Both the position numbers and the translations under genes were made by a program. A DNA stretch of 64,000 nucleotides from the NCBI GenBank assembly GCA_963706595.1, contig OY970166.1, positions 5,376,001-5,440,000 of the forward strand, given 5' to 3'. Position 1 is the stretch's first letter. The number at the start of each line of letters is the position of its first letter. The notes beneath the pieces are model-generated. The model was not told the origin of the DNA, ran no database searches, and worked only from the letters and a program-made list of their open reading frames with translations. Below are positions 21,638 to 31,359 of this stretch, piece by piece. Source of the stretch: an uncultured cyanobacterium. GTDB lineage: Bacteria; Cyanobacteriota; Cyanobacteriia; Cyanobacteriales; Nostocaceae.

Positions 21638-23797
21638 ATGACTCCACCAATAATTAAGCGCTATCTGATTGCTTTTGAGAAATATAAATGGATTGGGTTG
21701 GGCAGTTTTGCTTTAGTAGTTGCCGGGTCAACAATAGTGGCGACACAGCCAGAACCACCCCCCAGCTTTGTGGCAGATGCGGCACTTACTTATACTCGCC
21801 CACCAGTTTCGTTTTCGGCGACTGGTAGTGAAATTCAACAACAAGGGCAATTACTGAGTCGGGAAGTTTTGTTGTCAGACCAGATTATTGAACCTGTAGC
21901 GGCGAAAGTCAATGTGAAACCACAAACTATTGGTGCCAATGTGGCTTTGCGTCTACCGCCGGCAGGCGAAGCAGGGCAATCGACATCGTCAATCCTTGAG
22001 TTGAAATATCAAGATACTGACCCCAAACGAGCGCAGCAGATATTGCAGGAATTAATGCAAGCGATGATTGTGCTGAGTGGTGATATTAATACTGGAAGAT
22101 TAAACACAATTATTGAAAAAATTAATGAGCGCATACCGCAGGCGAAATCAGAACTGGAAGCAGCAGAACAGAAGCTGGAACAGTATGATCGCCGGGAGCG
22201 TCCGGCAATATTGGCGGCTGAGAATGGTAGTTTGCTGGGTGCAGTAACTAGTAGTCAAAATCAACAACGCTCAATTAAATTAACTATTGCCGGGATTAAT
22301 GCCCAACTTCGCAGTTTGGAAGGGAAGTTGGGTTTAAATGTGGGACAAGCCTATGTTTCTTCTGCTTTGAGTGCTGACCCCATTCTTTCTAACTTGCGAT
22401 CGCAAATTTATCAAGTAGAATCTCAAATCAGTTTACTCAGTAAAGATTTACGACCTGAAAACCCAACCATGATTCAGTTGGCGCGTCAGAAACAATCTAT
22501 AGAAGAATTGCTGCAACAACGCGCGGCTGAGGTAGTAGGAGGTGACGGTGCGGCGGCTCCTTTAGCTGGAGATGTTTCGGGTATCCGCGCTCAAAGCAAT
22601 TTAGACCCAGCCCGACAACAGTTAGCAAATCAGATGGTGGGTTTGGAAACCCAAAGAGAAACACTCCAACAACAATTAGCTCAACAAATTAAAGAAGAAG
22701 AACAATTGCGGCAAGATTATTCTCAAATCCCCAACAAGCAACTAGAGCGATCGCGTTTGGAACAGGAAGTCGGCCTGAAAAAAGCGATTTATGACCAAAT
22801 GCAGGCAAAGCTGGCAGACTCTAAAGCCGCAGAAGCCGAAACAGTGACGAGCTTAACAGTTGCCAGAATACCTAAGGTTGTTAGCAATGCCGCTAAAGGT
22901 CCGAGTGTGCCTCTGACCTTGGGTATTGGTGGTTTATTCGGCTTGCTAGTTGGCGGTGGGGTCATATTTTTGTTGGGTTCTCTGGAAGGCACTTTCAAAA
23001 CCAAAGAGGATATCCGCGACAGCCTTCGACAACGGGAAGTTTCTCAGCTGGGAGAATTGCCTTTAATGCCTGTTGATGATTTGGAACGAACCGCTTTACC
23101 TGTAATCCTTTCTCCTGATTCTCCGTATTTGGAGTTTTATGAGAAGTTTCGTAGTAATTTGCGCCGGATTGGTGGCAGTGATTTAAAGGTGCTATTGATT
23201 ACTAGCACTAGCAGCCAAGAGGGTAAAACGGTGAGTGCTTATAACTTAGGTATAGCCTCTGCCCTCGCTGGTAAAAGAACCCTGATTATCGAAACCGATT
23301 TGCGATCGCCTTCTCATGCTTCATCTCTGAATGTTACCCCAGATGCCGAGGCCACCTTTGAACCTCTGCGCTATTATGCTCGGTTGAATGAATGTATCCG
23401 CTTAGTTCCTGATGTAGAAAATTTATACATTATTCCCAGCCCTGGTCCTGTGCGTCAATCTGCGGCTATTCTGGAATCAAGCGAAATGCGCCGGCTCATG
23501 GAAGATGTGCGGCAGCGATTCGATTGGGTAATTTTAGATACAAGCCCCCTCAGTTTATCCAACGATGCTTTATTAATCCAACCCTATAGCGATGGCATAG
23601 TCTTAGTCGCACGTCCTAACCAGACACAAGAAAATATGTTAGGAGAAGCTATTGATCAATTAGTTGAATCTGAACTGGGTTTGTTAGGAGTAATTATCAA
23701 CGGTGCTGATATTTTCGTTTCCCCATCTCAGCCTTTACCATCTGAGTCACAAACAGGAATTTATACAGAGGTTTCAGCCACTGCTCACAAAAACTAA
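21638..23797 (+). CDS. Polysaccharide co-polymerase / BY-kinase-like (Wzc/GumC family)
   Basis: Two TM helices flanking coiled coils; TSTSSQEGKT Walker A, ETDLRSP, ILDTSP. Confidence 0.88.
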   Translation: MTPPIIKRYLIAFEKYKWIGLGSFALVVAGSTIVATQPEPPPSFVADAALTYTRPPVSFSATGSEIQQQGQLLSREVLLSDQIIEPVAAKVNVKPQTIGANVALRLPPAGEAGQSTSSILELKYQDTDPKRAQQILQELMQAMIVLSGDINTGRLNTIIEKINERIPQAKSELEAAEQKLEQYDRRERPAILAAENGSLLGAVTSSQNQQRSIKLTIAGINAQLRSLEGKLGLNVGQAYVSSALSADPILSNLRSQIYQVESQISLLSKDLRPENPTMIQLARQKQSIEELLQQRAAEVVGGDGAAAPLAGDVSGIRAQSNLDPARQQLANQMVGLETQRETLQQQLAQQIKEEEQLRQDYSQIPNKQLERSRLEQEVGLKKAIYDQMQAKLADSKAAEAETVTSLTVARIPKVVSNAAKGPSVPLTLGIGGLFGLLVGGGVIFLLGSLEGTFKTKEDIRDSLRQREVSQLGELPLMPVDDLERTALPVILSPDSPYLEFYEKFRSNLRRIGGSDLKVLLITSTSSQEGKTVSAYNLGIASALAGKRTLIIETDLRSPSHASSLNVTPDAEATFEPLRYYARLNECIRLVPDVENLYIIPSPGPVRQSAAILESSEMRRLMEDVRQRFDWVILDTSPLSLSNDALLIQPYSDGIVLVARPNQTQENMLGEAIDQLVESELGLLGVIINGADIFVSPSQPLPSESQTGIYTEVSATAHKN

Positions 23798-23957
23798 GTG
23801 CAGGGTGCGGGGAAGAGTTGGAAACTACTTGAGACTCTTGATTCTGCTTAAAACCGTTCCTGCTATATAAATACTAGACAAAGCTAGACATTTACTTCTT
23901 ACGTCAACTTAGGATAGCTTTTCTCCTCTGCCCCCGTTCCTCTTCTCCCTGACAGTA

Positions 23958-24629
23958 CTAGTCGCGCCGAAATAACCCGAATAATGGAGAAATAATGATC
24001 CCAAAAGCAAAGCCGCCTATGTGCGCCCAGTAAGCAACTCCGCCTGTTTCCACACTCATATTAGCAGCAGCTTGCAGGCTGAGAAGACCCGATATCACAT
24101 TTTGGATCACGAAAACTCCGATGAGAATCATTGCCGGAATCCTGATTGTGGTGATGAAGAAACCCAAAAAGACTAAGGTGAAAATTTTCGCTTGTGGGAA
24201 ACGGATAATATAAGCACCGAGAACCCCCGCAATCGCACCACTAGCTCCTAAAGAAGGAATAGTGGAATTCATACTAATAAACCACTGACACAAGGCAGCT
24301 AAAGCACCGCAGGCTAGATAAAAAATCAGATACTTGAAATGACCCATCCGGTCTTCAATATTGTTACCAAATACCCAGAGAAACACCATATTTGAGATCA
24401 GATGCCACCAACCACCGTGTAAGAATTGTGACGTAAACAAAGTTGTCCACTCTTGGGCAAAGTTAGTGGTTAGCTCTCGTGGTATTACCGCATACATCCG
24501 AAAGAATTGCTCTAATTGTTCACTTGATAGACTGACTTCGTGCAGAAAGACTACAATATTCAAGCCAATCAACCCGTAAGTGAAATATGGGGTGATTCGC
24601 GTCGGGTTTTCGTCATGGAGGGGAAACAC
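23958..24629 (-). CDS. Rhomboid intramembrane serine protease
   Basis: FLHGGWWHLISNM, GASGAIAG, AYWAHIGGF. Confidence 0.95.
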   Translation of the reverse strand: MFPLHDENPTRITPYFTYGLIGLNIVVFLHEVSLSSEQLEQFFRMYAVIPRELTTNFAQEWTTLFTSQFLHGGWWHLISNMVFLWVFGNNIEDRMGHFKYLIFYLACGALAALCQWFISMNSTIPSLGASGAIAGVLGAYIIRFPQAKIFTLVFLGFFITTIRIPAMILIGVFVIQNVISGLLSLQAAANMSVETGGVAYWAHIGGFAFGIIISPLFGLFRRD

Positions 24630-24719
24630 AGGTGTTTTTCCTAATTATCGATTATTTGCAATATAGCCTGTGCTGCCATAGCAAAGTGTCTGGACAAGAA
24701 AATGTGGAGATTTTGCCAT

Positions 24720-25439
24720 CTAGCCAGATAAAGATTCTTCATTGGATTTGTCGCTAAATAAACCCAGCAATGGTCCAAGAATTGCCCCAAACACAAAACC
24801 TCCTGCATGGGCCCAATAGGCAATACCGCCGCCTTCCATGCCGATATTTGTCGGCGCTTCTAGACTGGCTATGCCGTAAAAAGCTTGTTGGATAAACCAG
24901 AATCCTAAAAAGAAATATGCCGGAACCCGGAAAGAAGGGAAGAAAAATCCTAAAGGTACTACACCGAGAATTTCCACTTGGGGAAACCGCAAAATATATG
25001 CTCCCATCACGCCTGCGATCGCACCACTTGCACCTAAAGAAGGAATGGTAGAATCTTGAGCGAAGAACCATTGTGCCAAAGATGCCAAAGCACCACAAGA
25101 TAAATAAAACAGTAAATATTTAGCACGGCCTAACTTTTCCTCAATATTATTCCCAAACACCCAGAGAAACAACATATTGCCCCCTAGATGCAAAAAACCG
25201 CCATGCAAAAATTGGGCAGTAATCAAAGTTGCCCATTCTGGTACTGGCTGATTGACAGAGATTCCCGAAAAACTTAAGGTGAGTTCTTGGGGAATTACAG
25301 CCGCCAGATGAAAAAACTGATTTAATGCTTGGGGAGGAAGACTTGCTTCATAAAGAAAAGCCAAGACATTAGTTGCAATCAGTGCATAAGTTACATAAGG
25401 CGTAATTTGTGTAGGATTATTATCTTTAATTGGAACCAC
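24720..25439 (-). CDS. Rhomboid intramembrane serine protease (tandem paralog)
   Basis: FLHGGFLHLGGNM, GASGAIAG, AYWAHAGGF. Confidence 0.95.
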   Translation of the reverse strand: MVPIKDNNPTQITPYVTYALIATNVLAFLYEASLPPQALNQFFHLAAVIPQELTLSFSGISVNQPVPEWATLITAQFLHGGFLHLGGNMLFLWVFGNNIEEKLGRAKYLLFYLSCGALASLAQWFFAQDSTIPSLGASGAIAGVMGAYILRFPQVEILGVVPLGFFFPSFRVPAYFFLGFWFIQQAFYGIASLEAPTNIGMEGGGIAYWAHAGGFVFGAILGPLLGLFSDKSNEESLSG

Positions 25440-25538
25440 TGGTATTTTCCTGATATTCGAGTCACTAGCCTCACATTACTGAATCTTGTCAGTATTTTCT
25501 TCTACCTATGGTTTAAATTTGTCATAGTTGCCAAAAAG

Positions 25539-25680
25539 AAGAGGCAGGGGAGCAGGGAGCAGGGAGCAGGGGAGCAGGGAGCAGGGGAGCAGGGAGCAGG
25601 GAGCAGGGAGCAGGGAGCAGGGAGCAGGGGAGCAGGGAGCAGGGAGCAGGGGAGCAGCAGGGAGCAGGGAGCAGGGGAGA
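25539..25680. repeat. Long (GGGAGCA/GGGGAGCA)n tandem array
   Basis: About 17-18 units of 7-8 nt, beginning GAAGAGGCAGGGGAGCA as at 8868 and 53030. Confidence 0.92.
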
Positions 25681-25840
25681 AGGATTTTTGAAAACCTTGA
25701 TTTCCTGTTAGTCCGCGAAGTGCGGACTTTGTTTGTATAGCCGCGACTTTTAGTCGCCTGGACTAGGTGCAAGATGTGAGTTGATTGATTTCAAATGGTT
25801 TGTTTATTTCCGCCATGCTATACTAGTGAAAGCACGTTAA

Positions 25841-26098
25841 TTAATTGTTTTCAAAATCACTGAAATTTTGACATTTGTGCTTATTCGCGAAAAAAGTTAA
25901 ATATTTATCTGCGTAGCGAAAAGCTGATAAACAATCATAAGCAGCTATAGATACAGCTTGCAAGAAAACCTTGATGGGAATTTCCAATTCTGAAAGTTTT
26001 TGGGTTAAAAACAATAATTCTTGGTCTGTTGCGGGAAAAGCAGTTTCTTCCGCCCATTCCGATTCATTCCAGGCATTTTCAATTAATACTTTGGACAT
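25841..26098 (-). CDS. Hypothetical protein, 85 aa
   Basis: GGAGG ribosome-binding site 7 nt before ATG 26098; overlaps the upstream ORF. Confidence 0.55.
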   Translation of the reverse strand: MSKVLIENAWNESEWAEETAFPATDQELLFLTQKLSELEIPIKVFLQAVSIAAYDCLSAFRYADKYLTFFANKHKCQNFSDFENN

Positions 26099-26324
26099 TT
26101 TGTACCTCCCCAAAAGCAAAAGATGCAAAGCCGGCGATAAAATTTAGCTGCTGTTCACGAGTTAGTAAGTTGACTGGAAGTTCAGTATGGGAACATCCGA
26201 TTTCTTGCAAAATCTCTAAACAATAAGCACTGATTTCAGTGAGTGAGGCTCGCTCCCACTCCAGAGCAACTTCTTTGGCTCTCTTCCAATTAACTCGAAT
26301 AACGGTATTTCCAGGGTTGTCCAT
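26079..26324 (-). CDS. Hypothetical protein, 81 aa
   Basis: Open frame with natural helical composition, coupled to the downstream ORF. Confidence 0.5.
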   Translation of the reverse strand: MDNPGNTVIRVNWKRAKEVALEWERASLTEISAYCLEILQEIGCSHTELPVNLLTREQQLNFIAGFASFAFGEVQNVQSIN

Positions 26325-26585
26325 AAAATGCACCCTAATAAACTCGATAATTGCAGTTTGAATCAGAAGTACAAATTAGCGTAACCGTATTTATGCGGGA
26401 TTTATGAAGACGGAACATAAAAATGTCAGCACATTTGCGGAAAGACTAGCCCAGAGATGAATCACTCATCTCAATTTTCGCCAATTATTCACCAAAAAAA
26501 CGCTCCAGATTGGTTATAGTGCTTCTGGAGCTAGAAATAGGATTCATGAATAATTCATTTTTACCGTGTTTTTACTTGTTTTGAA

Positions 26586-27065
26586 TTAAAGATTTTGGGA
26601 TACATTTACACCCATGATTTTGGCTGGGATGACAATACCGTAATAACCAGCAGAAATGGCAGCGATCGCATTTAGCCAAACATTAATTCCAAAAATAGGC
26701 ATTAAGCCAAAAAATGACTTCGCAAAGGGTAAAAATCCCATAATTGCGAGTACGGCATAAGTAATTGCAAAAACACGATTGAAGATGCGAGCGCTGTTAG
26801 CATTATTGTAGGAAGCAATTCCCCAAAATCCCACAGCACAACGAACCAGGTTATGTAAGAAATTGGTGGGAATTACCCCAAATATCAAACCAAATCCGGC
26901 AGCATAAGCGTTAGGAGCTATATCAGCCGGGATATAAGGTGCGCTTGTTCCTGGTAATGAAACTAAAGGTGGTACAAATCCTGCTAAACCTAATAGCAAA
27001 TAAATAACACCAATGCTCAAAGCGCAGTAACGCTCTGTCATTTTTGCCAAGTGGATATTTTCCAT
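26586..27065 (-). CDS. DUF4383-like membrane protein
   Basis: Four TM segments; GLAGFVP, FG.IPTNFLHN, GLMPIFG.NVWL. Confidence 0.78.
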   Translation of the reverse strand: MENIHLAKMTERYCALSIGVIYLLLGLAGFVPPLVSLPGTSAPYIPADIAPNAYAAGFGLIFGVIPTNFLHNLVRCAVGFWGIASYNNANSARIFNRVFAITYAVLAIMGFLPFAKSFFGLMPIFGINVWLNAIAAISAGYYGIVIPAKIMGVNVSQNL

Positions 27066-27514
27066 ATTCTTTTTTACCTCTGAACTGTTAAATCTTCAGC
27101 AAATACTAGCTGCTTGCTGAAATATGACTGCAACTAATTTATTAAACCAATAGCAAAGGGTGATCTCTAGTTAGTTGGTTCGCCAGACATAACACTTTCC
27201 ATTCAACTGAAATTTTGGGTATATGACTCTATCGCAAGTCAGGATTAAGCATCTCAAATAGTTGAGTTTCAGAGAGGTTTTTGAATTAACGAAATATAAT
27301 AGGCTAAATTTGATACGTAGCTCAAACTTAAAAAACGTAATCCCCAGATCCCCGACTTCTCTAAGAAGTCGGGGATCTATATCGTCAAGGTTTTATGTTT
27401 AATTATGTTGACCTACTTACCTAAATCTCCGACTTGGTTTCAGGAACGCCTAAAATTGCTATATATGCTGAAGATTCTATGTTGAATTAACCTAACCTAC
27501 TGAGCAGATAGACA

Positions 27515-27874
27515 ATGCAGATTAACCAGTCTCTCCATACAGCGATTCTTGTGACTGACTTAGAAAAATCCGAAAATTTCTATGGCAAAGTCTTGGGATT
27601 GTCCAAGATAGAGCGCTCCTTGAAGTATGCTGGTGTATGGTATCAAGTGGGTAATTATCAAATTCACTTGATAGTTGCAACTACTGTGCCTACAGATAAT
27701 CCTGACCAAAAATGGGGACGCAATCCTCACATTGCTTTTGCGGTTGCTGATTTGGATGTTGCTAAACAAGAGTTACTCAATCAAAATTATCCCATTCAAG
27801 TTAGTGCTTCTGGTCGCGCTGCTCTCTTCACTCAAGACCCGGATGGAAATATAATCGAACTGAGTCAGCAGTGA
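27515..27874 (+). CDS. VOC/glyoxalase family protein
   Basis: LHTAILVTDL, QIHLI, PHIAF, DPDGNIIEL. Confidence 0.92.
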   Translation: MQINQSLHTAILVTDLEKSENFYGKVLGLSKIERSLKYAGVWYQVGNYQIHLIVATTVPTDNPDQKWGRNPHIAFAVADLDVAKQELLNQNYPIQVSASGRAALFTQDPDGNIIELSQQ

Positions 27875-27889
27875 TGTGGGGCGGTGGGA

Positions 27890-29182
27890 ATGAAAATTAT
27901 TGCTTACTCTTACAGTCATCCCTTATTAGAAGCTTCTGTTGATCCAAATGATTGGGGATGGGAAGTAGATCGAGTTTATCAAGATTTGGGTAACAGAACG
28001 CAGTTACAAAAATTAATTGTAGACTGTAAAACTGAGCCAGCAAACTATCTCCTAATCCATCGTTTAGAAGAATTGGGAGACAGTTTGGAGTTCGTGAGCG
28101 ATCGCTTGCATGAAATCGAAGCATTAGGCATAATCATCATAGCCACCGAACAACCCTACACTTCAAAAAATTCTCATCTCGACTCTGATTTGTGGAAATT
28201 GTTACAAGCAATCCAACGTCAGCAGCATAGCCGCAGCATCCGCCAAGCCCACGCCTGTAATCGTCTGAAAGCCTCACCCCCACCAGGTAAAGTTCCTTAT
28301 GGCTATCGTCGTACCAAAGAAAAATATACTATTGATCGCAGTACCGCACCAGTAGTCAAAGAATTTTTTGAACACTTCTTACTTTATGGTTCCCTACGTG
28401 GTGCAGTGCGTCACTTAGCGAAAAAATATGGTAAAAAAATCTCTGTCACTACCGGAAGACGCTGGCTGACTAATGCTGTTTATCGAGGTGATACAGCTTA
28501 TCAGCATGGTCAAATTATTTCTGATACCCATATTCCCATACTATCCAGAGAAGAAGCCGCACAAATTGACCGAATTTTACGCCGTAACAGTCGTTTACCA
28601 TCTCGAACTGCTAGCGCCCCACGTTCTTTAGCCGGGTTAGTTGTTTGTAGTCAGTGTCAGTCACACACAACTGTCACCCGCGTCACCCGGCGCTACCAAG
28701 ATAAAGAGTATCTTTATTTACGTCCTATTAGCTGTACTCAAAATCCCAAATGTGGGGCTATTCCCTACCAGGATGTATTAGAACAGACAATTGAAATCGT
28801 TTGTCGTGATTTACCCCTAGCTGTAGCCGGAATGGATTTTCCCCAGTTGGATACCATTAAGAACAGTTTAGGGCAAGCGATCGCACGTCAGCAAGAAATA
28901 CTCCAACAGCTACCAGCTTTAGTCGAAACCGGGATTTTGGACGATGAAACCGCAAAAATCAGGGCTTACAAACTCCACACCGAAATTTCGCAACTCCAAG
29001 CCAAACTAGCCACCCTTCCCCCAGTCAACTTGCGTTCTGTAGCTCAAGCCGTTTCCATTCCCCAATTTTGGTTCGACTTATCAGAAGCCGAACGCAGGTT
29101 TTACTTTCGAGAATTTATCAAACAAATTGAAATTATTCGCCAGGAAAAAGAGTGGAAATTACGGGTAATTTTTATTTTTTAG
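27890..29182 (+). CDS. Large serine recombinase family protein with degenerate catalytic domain
   Basis: PPGKVPYGY, LTNAVYRG, HIPILS.E, LAGLVVCSQC zinc ribbon, coiled coil; no YxRxS motif at the N-terminus. Confidence 0.85.
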   Translation: MKIIAYSYSHPLLEASVDPNDWGWEVDRVYQDLGNRTQLQKLIVDCKTEPANYLLIHRLEELGDSLEFVSDRLHEIEALGIIIIATEQPYTSKNSHLDSDLWKLLQAIQRQQHSRSIRQAHACNRLKASPPPGKVPYGYRRTKEKYTIDRSTAPVVKEFFEHFLLYGSLRGAVRHLAKKYGKKISVTTGRRWLTNAVYRGDTAYQHGQIISDTHIPILSREEAAQIDRILRRNSRLPSRTASAPRSLAGLVVCSQCQSHTTVTRVTRRYQDKEYLYLRPISCTQNPKCGAIPYQDVLEQTIEIVCRDLPLAVAGMDFPQLDTIKNSLGQAIARQQEILQQLPALVETGILDDETAKIRAYKLHTEISQLQAKLATLPPVNLRSVAQAVSIPQFWFDLSEAERRFYFREFIKQIEIIRQEKEWKLRVIFIF

Positions 29183-29203
29183 GACAAATAGACACAAATT
29201 ATT

Positions 29204-29233
29204 GTAGGGGTTTAGCAATGCTAAACCCCTACG
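29204..29233. repeat. REP-like palindrome
   Basis: GTAGGGGTTTAGCA-A-TGCTAAACCCCTAC perfect inverted repeat. Confidence 0.8.
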
Positions 29234-29290
29234 AAAGATATGGTTTTTGACAATTCATATTTAATCTTATAGTAACCGCCAAGGAGGTTA

Positions 29291-29430
29291 TACCAATTTT
29301 ATGTGAGGCTGCATATTATTTTTACTCCACCCCTTACTCCTAACCCGTAAAAATCCGGTTCCCTCCTCGCTTGCGGGGAGGGTTAGGGAGGGGTTCTTTT
29401 TATTCCTCTTTAATTTATATAAAATTGGTA
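29291..29430. mobile_element. 140-bp MITE with TTA target-site duplication
   Basis: TIRs TACCAATTTTAT / ATAAAATTGGTA; TTA at 29288-29290 and 29431-29433; internal CCCTCCTCGCTTGCGGGGAGGG hairpin. Confidence 0.82.
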
Positions 29431-29477
29431 TTAAGACATAAACGGATAATCAAACTTAGACATCATTCGGGTTTTAA

Positions 29478-29522
29478 CCCACTCCCCACTCCCCACTCCC
29501 CACTCCCCACTCCCTACTCCCC
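29478..29522. repeat. (CCCCACT)n heptamer repeat
   Basis: About 6 units overlapping the stop of the adjacent gene. Confidence 0.85.
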
Positions 29523-31109
29523 AGAAGTCGGGGATTTACCTGTATTCCGCACATTGATAAATTTACCCAACAAATCAAACCAAAAAGGCGCACCCATTGA
29601 AATCGCCATACCACTCACAAACCAGCCGAAAGCCATCCTGAAAAATTTCCAGACCGAAAAATGAGTCTTTTTCGTGACATTCCAATCAATTTGCTGTTCT
29701 AAGTTAACCGCATTCCAACCAATTGGTAAAGCTATCGACCCTAAAACCTTTTCAGTTTCTTTCTTTAAATTCTCTAAATTTTCAGATGATTCATTAGTCT
29801 GCACAATTTGCCCAGCATTATTAACAATAGCAATCCGTAGAGAAGAATCCTTGGATAATCTGCTCACAATATGAAATGCATCTGCATTAGCCATCACTGC
29901 AATGGTAAAGCCAATTATCAGCGCCACTCCTTTCGCATTCCGTTTGTAAACACCAGATGCTCGCGCCATTGATTGATCAAATGTCTGCTCTAGCTCTTGT
30001 TGTAATATATAAATTCCTTCCTCTGTATTTTTAGCTTTTATTTGGGCGCGTTTTGCTAACATCTCCATATTGTGCAGTACCGATGGCGGTAGCTTTTCTT
30101 TCAAAGATTGCAGAGTTGTACTAAAAGATTGAAATGTTTTATAAGCTTCACTCTCTGGGTCAGAAAATTCATTGATAAATCCTTGGTGAGCATCACTACC
30201 TATATTAATTAACTGCACAATTTCATCAATATTAGGTCTTAAGCATTTAAGTGAAATAGTTTGTTCAATGTTGTTAAAAATATCTTCTCTGAGAAACATC
30301 AGTTTTTGCAAGGCTTTTTTAGCAGAAAAATCTTCTGGCATATCTTCTCGAAACACCGCAATAAATCTATCTAAACTTTGTGCCATACAATTCATACTAG
30401 TAACTAAATCAAGTTTATCTTTTTGAAAATCATCAATGATTTTCGCAAAGGCTTTTTCCACTATTTCTGTAAATTCGTGGTAAATGTTCACTGAAAATTT
30501 AGTTATATCGTCATCTATATTGTTTACCTGATTATGAAACTTTAATAAAATAGTTTGTATCTCATGTAACTGCTCATCTTTAAAATTTATGATTCTTGAT
30601 TCAGTTAATTTTTGCACAAGTCCTGGTATGCCTAAAGTTTCCATGAAAGTTGTAGCAAAAGTCTCCGCAGGAATGTAAGATGGAGCGCTGTGTTTCCTCA
30701 ATTTTGTTTCGTCATCAGCATCTATTATCTTTCCTAGCTCGTCTTTTTGATATCCAAAAATACTTTTATTTCTTTTTTCTCCAGATAGGGAAAATTTTAC
30801 AGGAATAGATGATAAGAACCAAACCAACTTGCGAGGTAAATTCGTTAAAAACCCTTTTGCTTCTTGATTGACACTTTTAATCAATGGATGGTTGTACAAG
30901 TCATTTACAAAGCTAATCACACGGTCATTGTCTGAACTTGTTGCATCACCTGCCACAAGAATTTCAATGGATTTTTTGAGATGAACTGCACGCCATTGTA
31001 AAACTGTAGTGATTAATTCTTGAATCTCCGAAGCTAATAAGCTTAAGATTAAGTAGATAAAAATTAAACCAATTGTTATATCTAAAATAAAAGGTAAACT
31101 CATTGACAC
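29514..31109 (-). CDS. Hypothetical membrane protein, 531 aa
   Basis: N-terminal TM (LSLLASEIQE), APSYIP motif, helical middle, YKRNAK plus TM, C-terminal GAPFWFDLLGK. Confidence 0.85.
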   Translation of the reverse strand: MSMSLPFILDITIGLIFIYLILSLLASEIQELITTVLQWRAVHLKKSIEILVAGDATSSDNDRVISFVNDLYNHPLIKSVNQEAKGFLTNLPRKLVWFLSSIPVKFSLSGEKRNKSIFGYQKDELGKIIDADDETKLRKHSAPSYIPAETFATTFMETLGIPGLVQKLTESRIINFKDEQLHEIQTILLKFHNQVNNIDDDITKFSVNIYHEFTEIVEKAFAKIIDDFQKDKLDLVTSMNCMAQSLDRFIAVFREDMPEDFSAKKALQKLMFLREDIFNNIEQTISLKCLRPNIDEIVQLINIGSDAHQGFINEFSDPESEAYKTFQSFSTTLQSLKEKLPPSVLHNMEMLAKRAQIKAKNTEEGIYILQQELEQTFDQSMARASGVYKRNAKGVALIIGFTIAVMANADAFHIVSRLSKDSSLRIAIVNNAGQIVQTNESSENLENLKKETEKVLGSIALPIGWNAVNLEQQIDWNVTKKTHFSVWKFFRMAFGWFVSGMAISMGAPFWFDLLGKFINVRNTGKSPTSGE

Positions 31110-31359
31110 GTTTCTCCACAGGTAGCTAGCATATATATATTGCTATCATTTGTATCATTTTTAGCAATTAATAATTGTTAAATAAATTGAACAAAATTCA
31201 GGTAAATTTCTCCAATAATTATCGCTGCCCAGAGAAAATTGCTGTAACCTTGGAACTTAGCAATTGTTGAGAATTCAGATTGTGACTGAGCGGCAAGATT
31301 AGAGATGTACTTTAGTCTCTATGTAACCAAACCAGCAAGTAAAATGATGAGCATAGAAT

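Noticed and set aside
25329..25772. ORFs with GSREQGA / PCSLL repeats (also 8858-9055 and 53117-53374)
   Set aside because: Translations of heptamer DNA repeats that lack stop codons; no coding evidence
27890..29182. Prophage or heterocyst excision element anchored on the recombinase
   Set aside because: No catalytic motif, interrupted host gene, att repeats or phage genes seen
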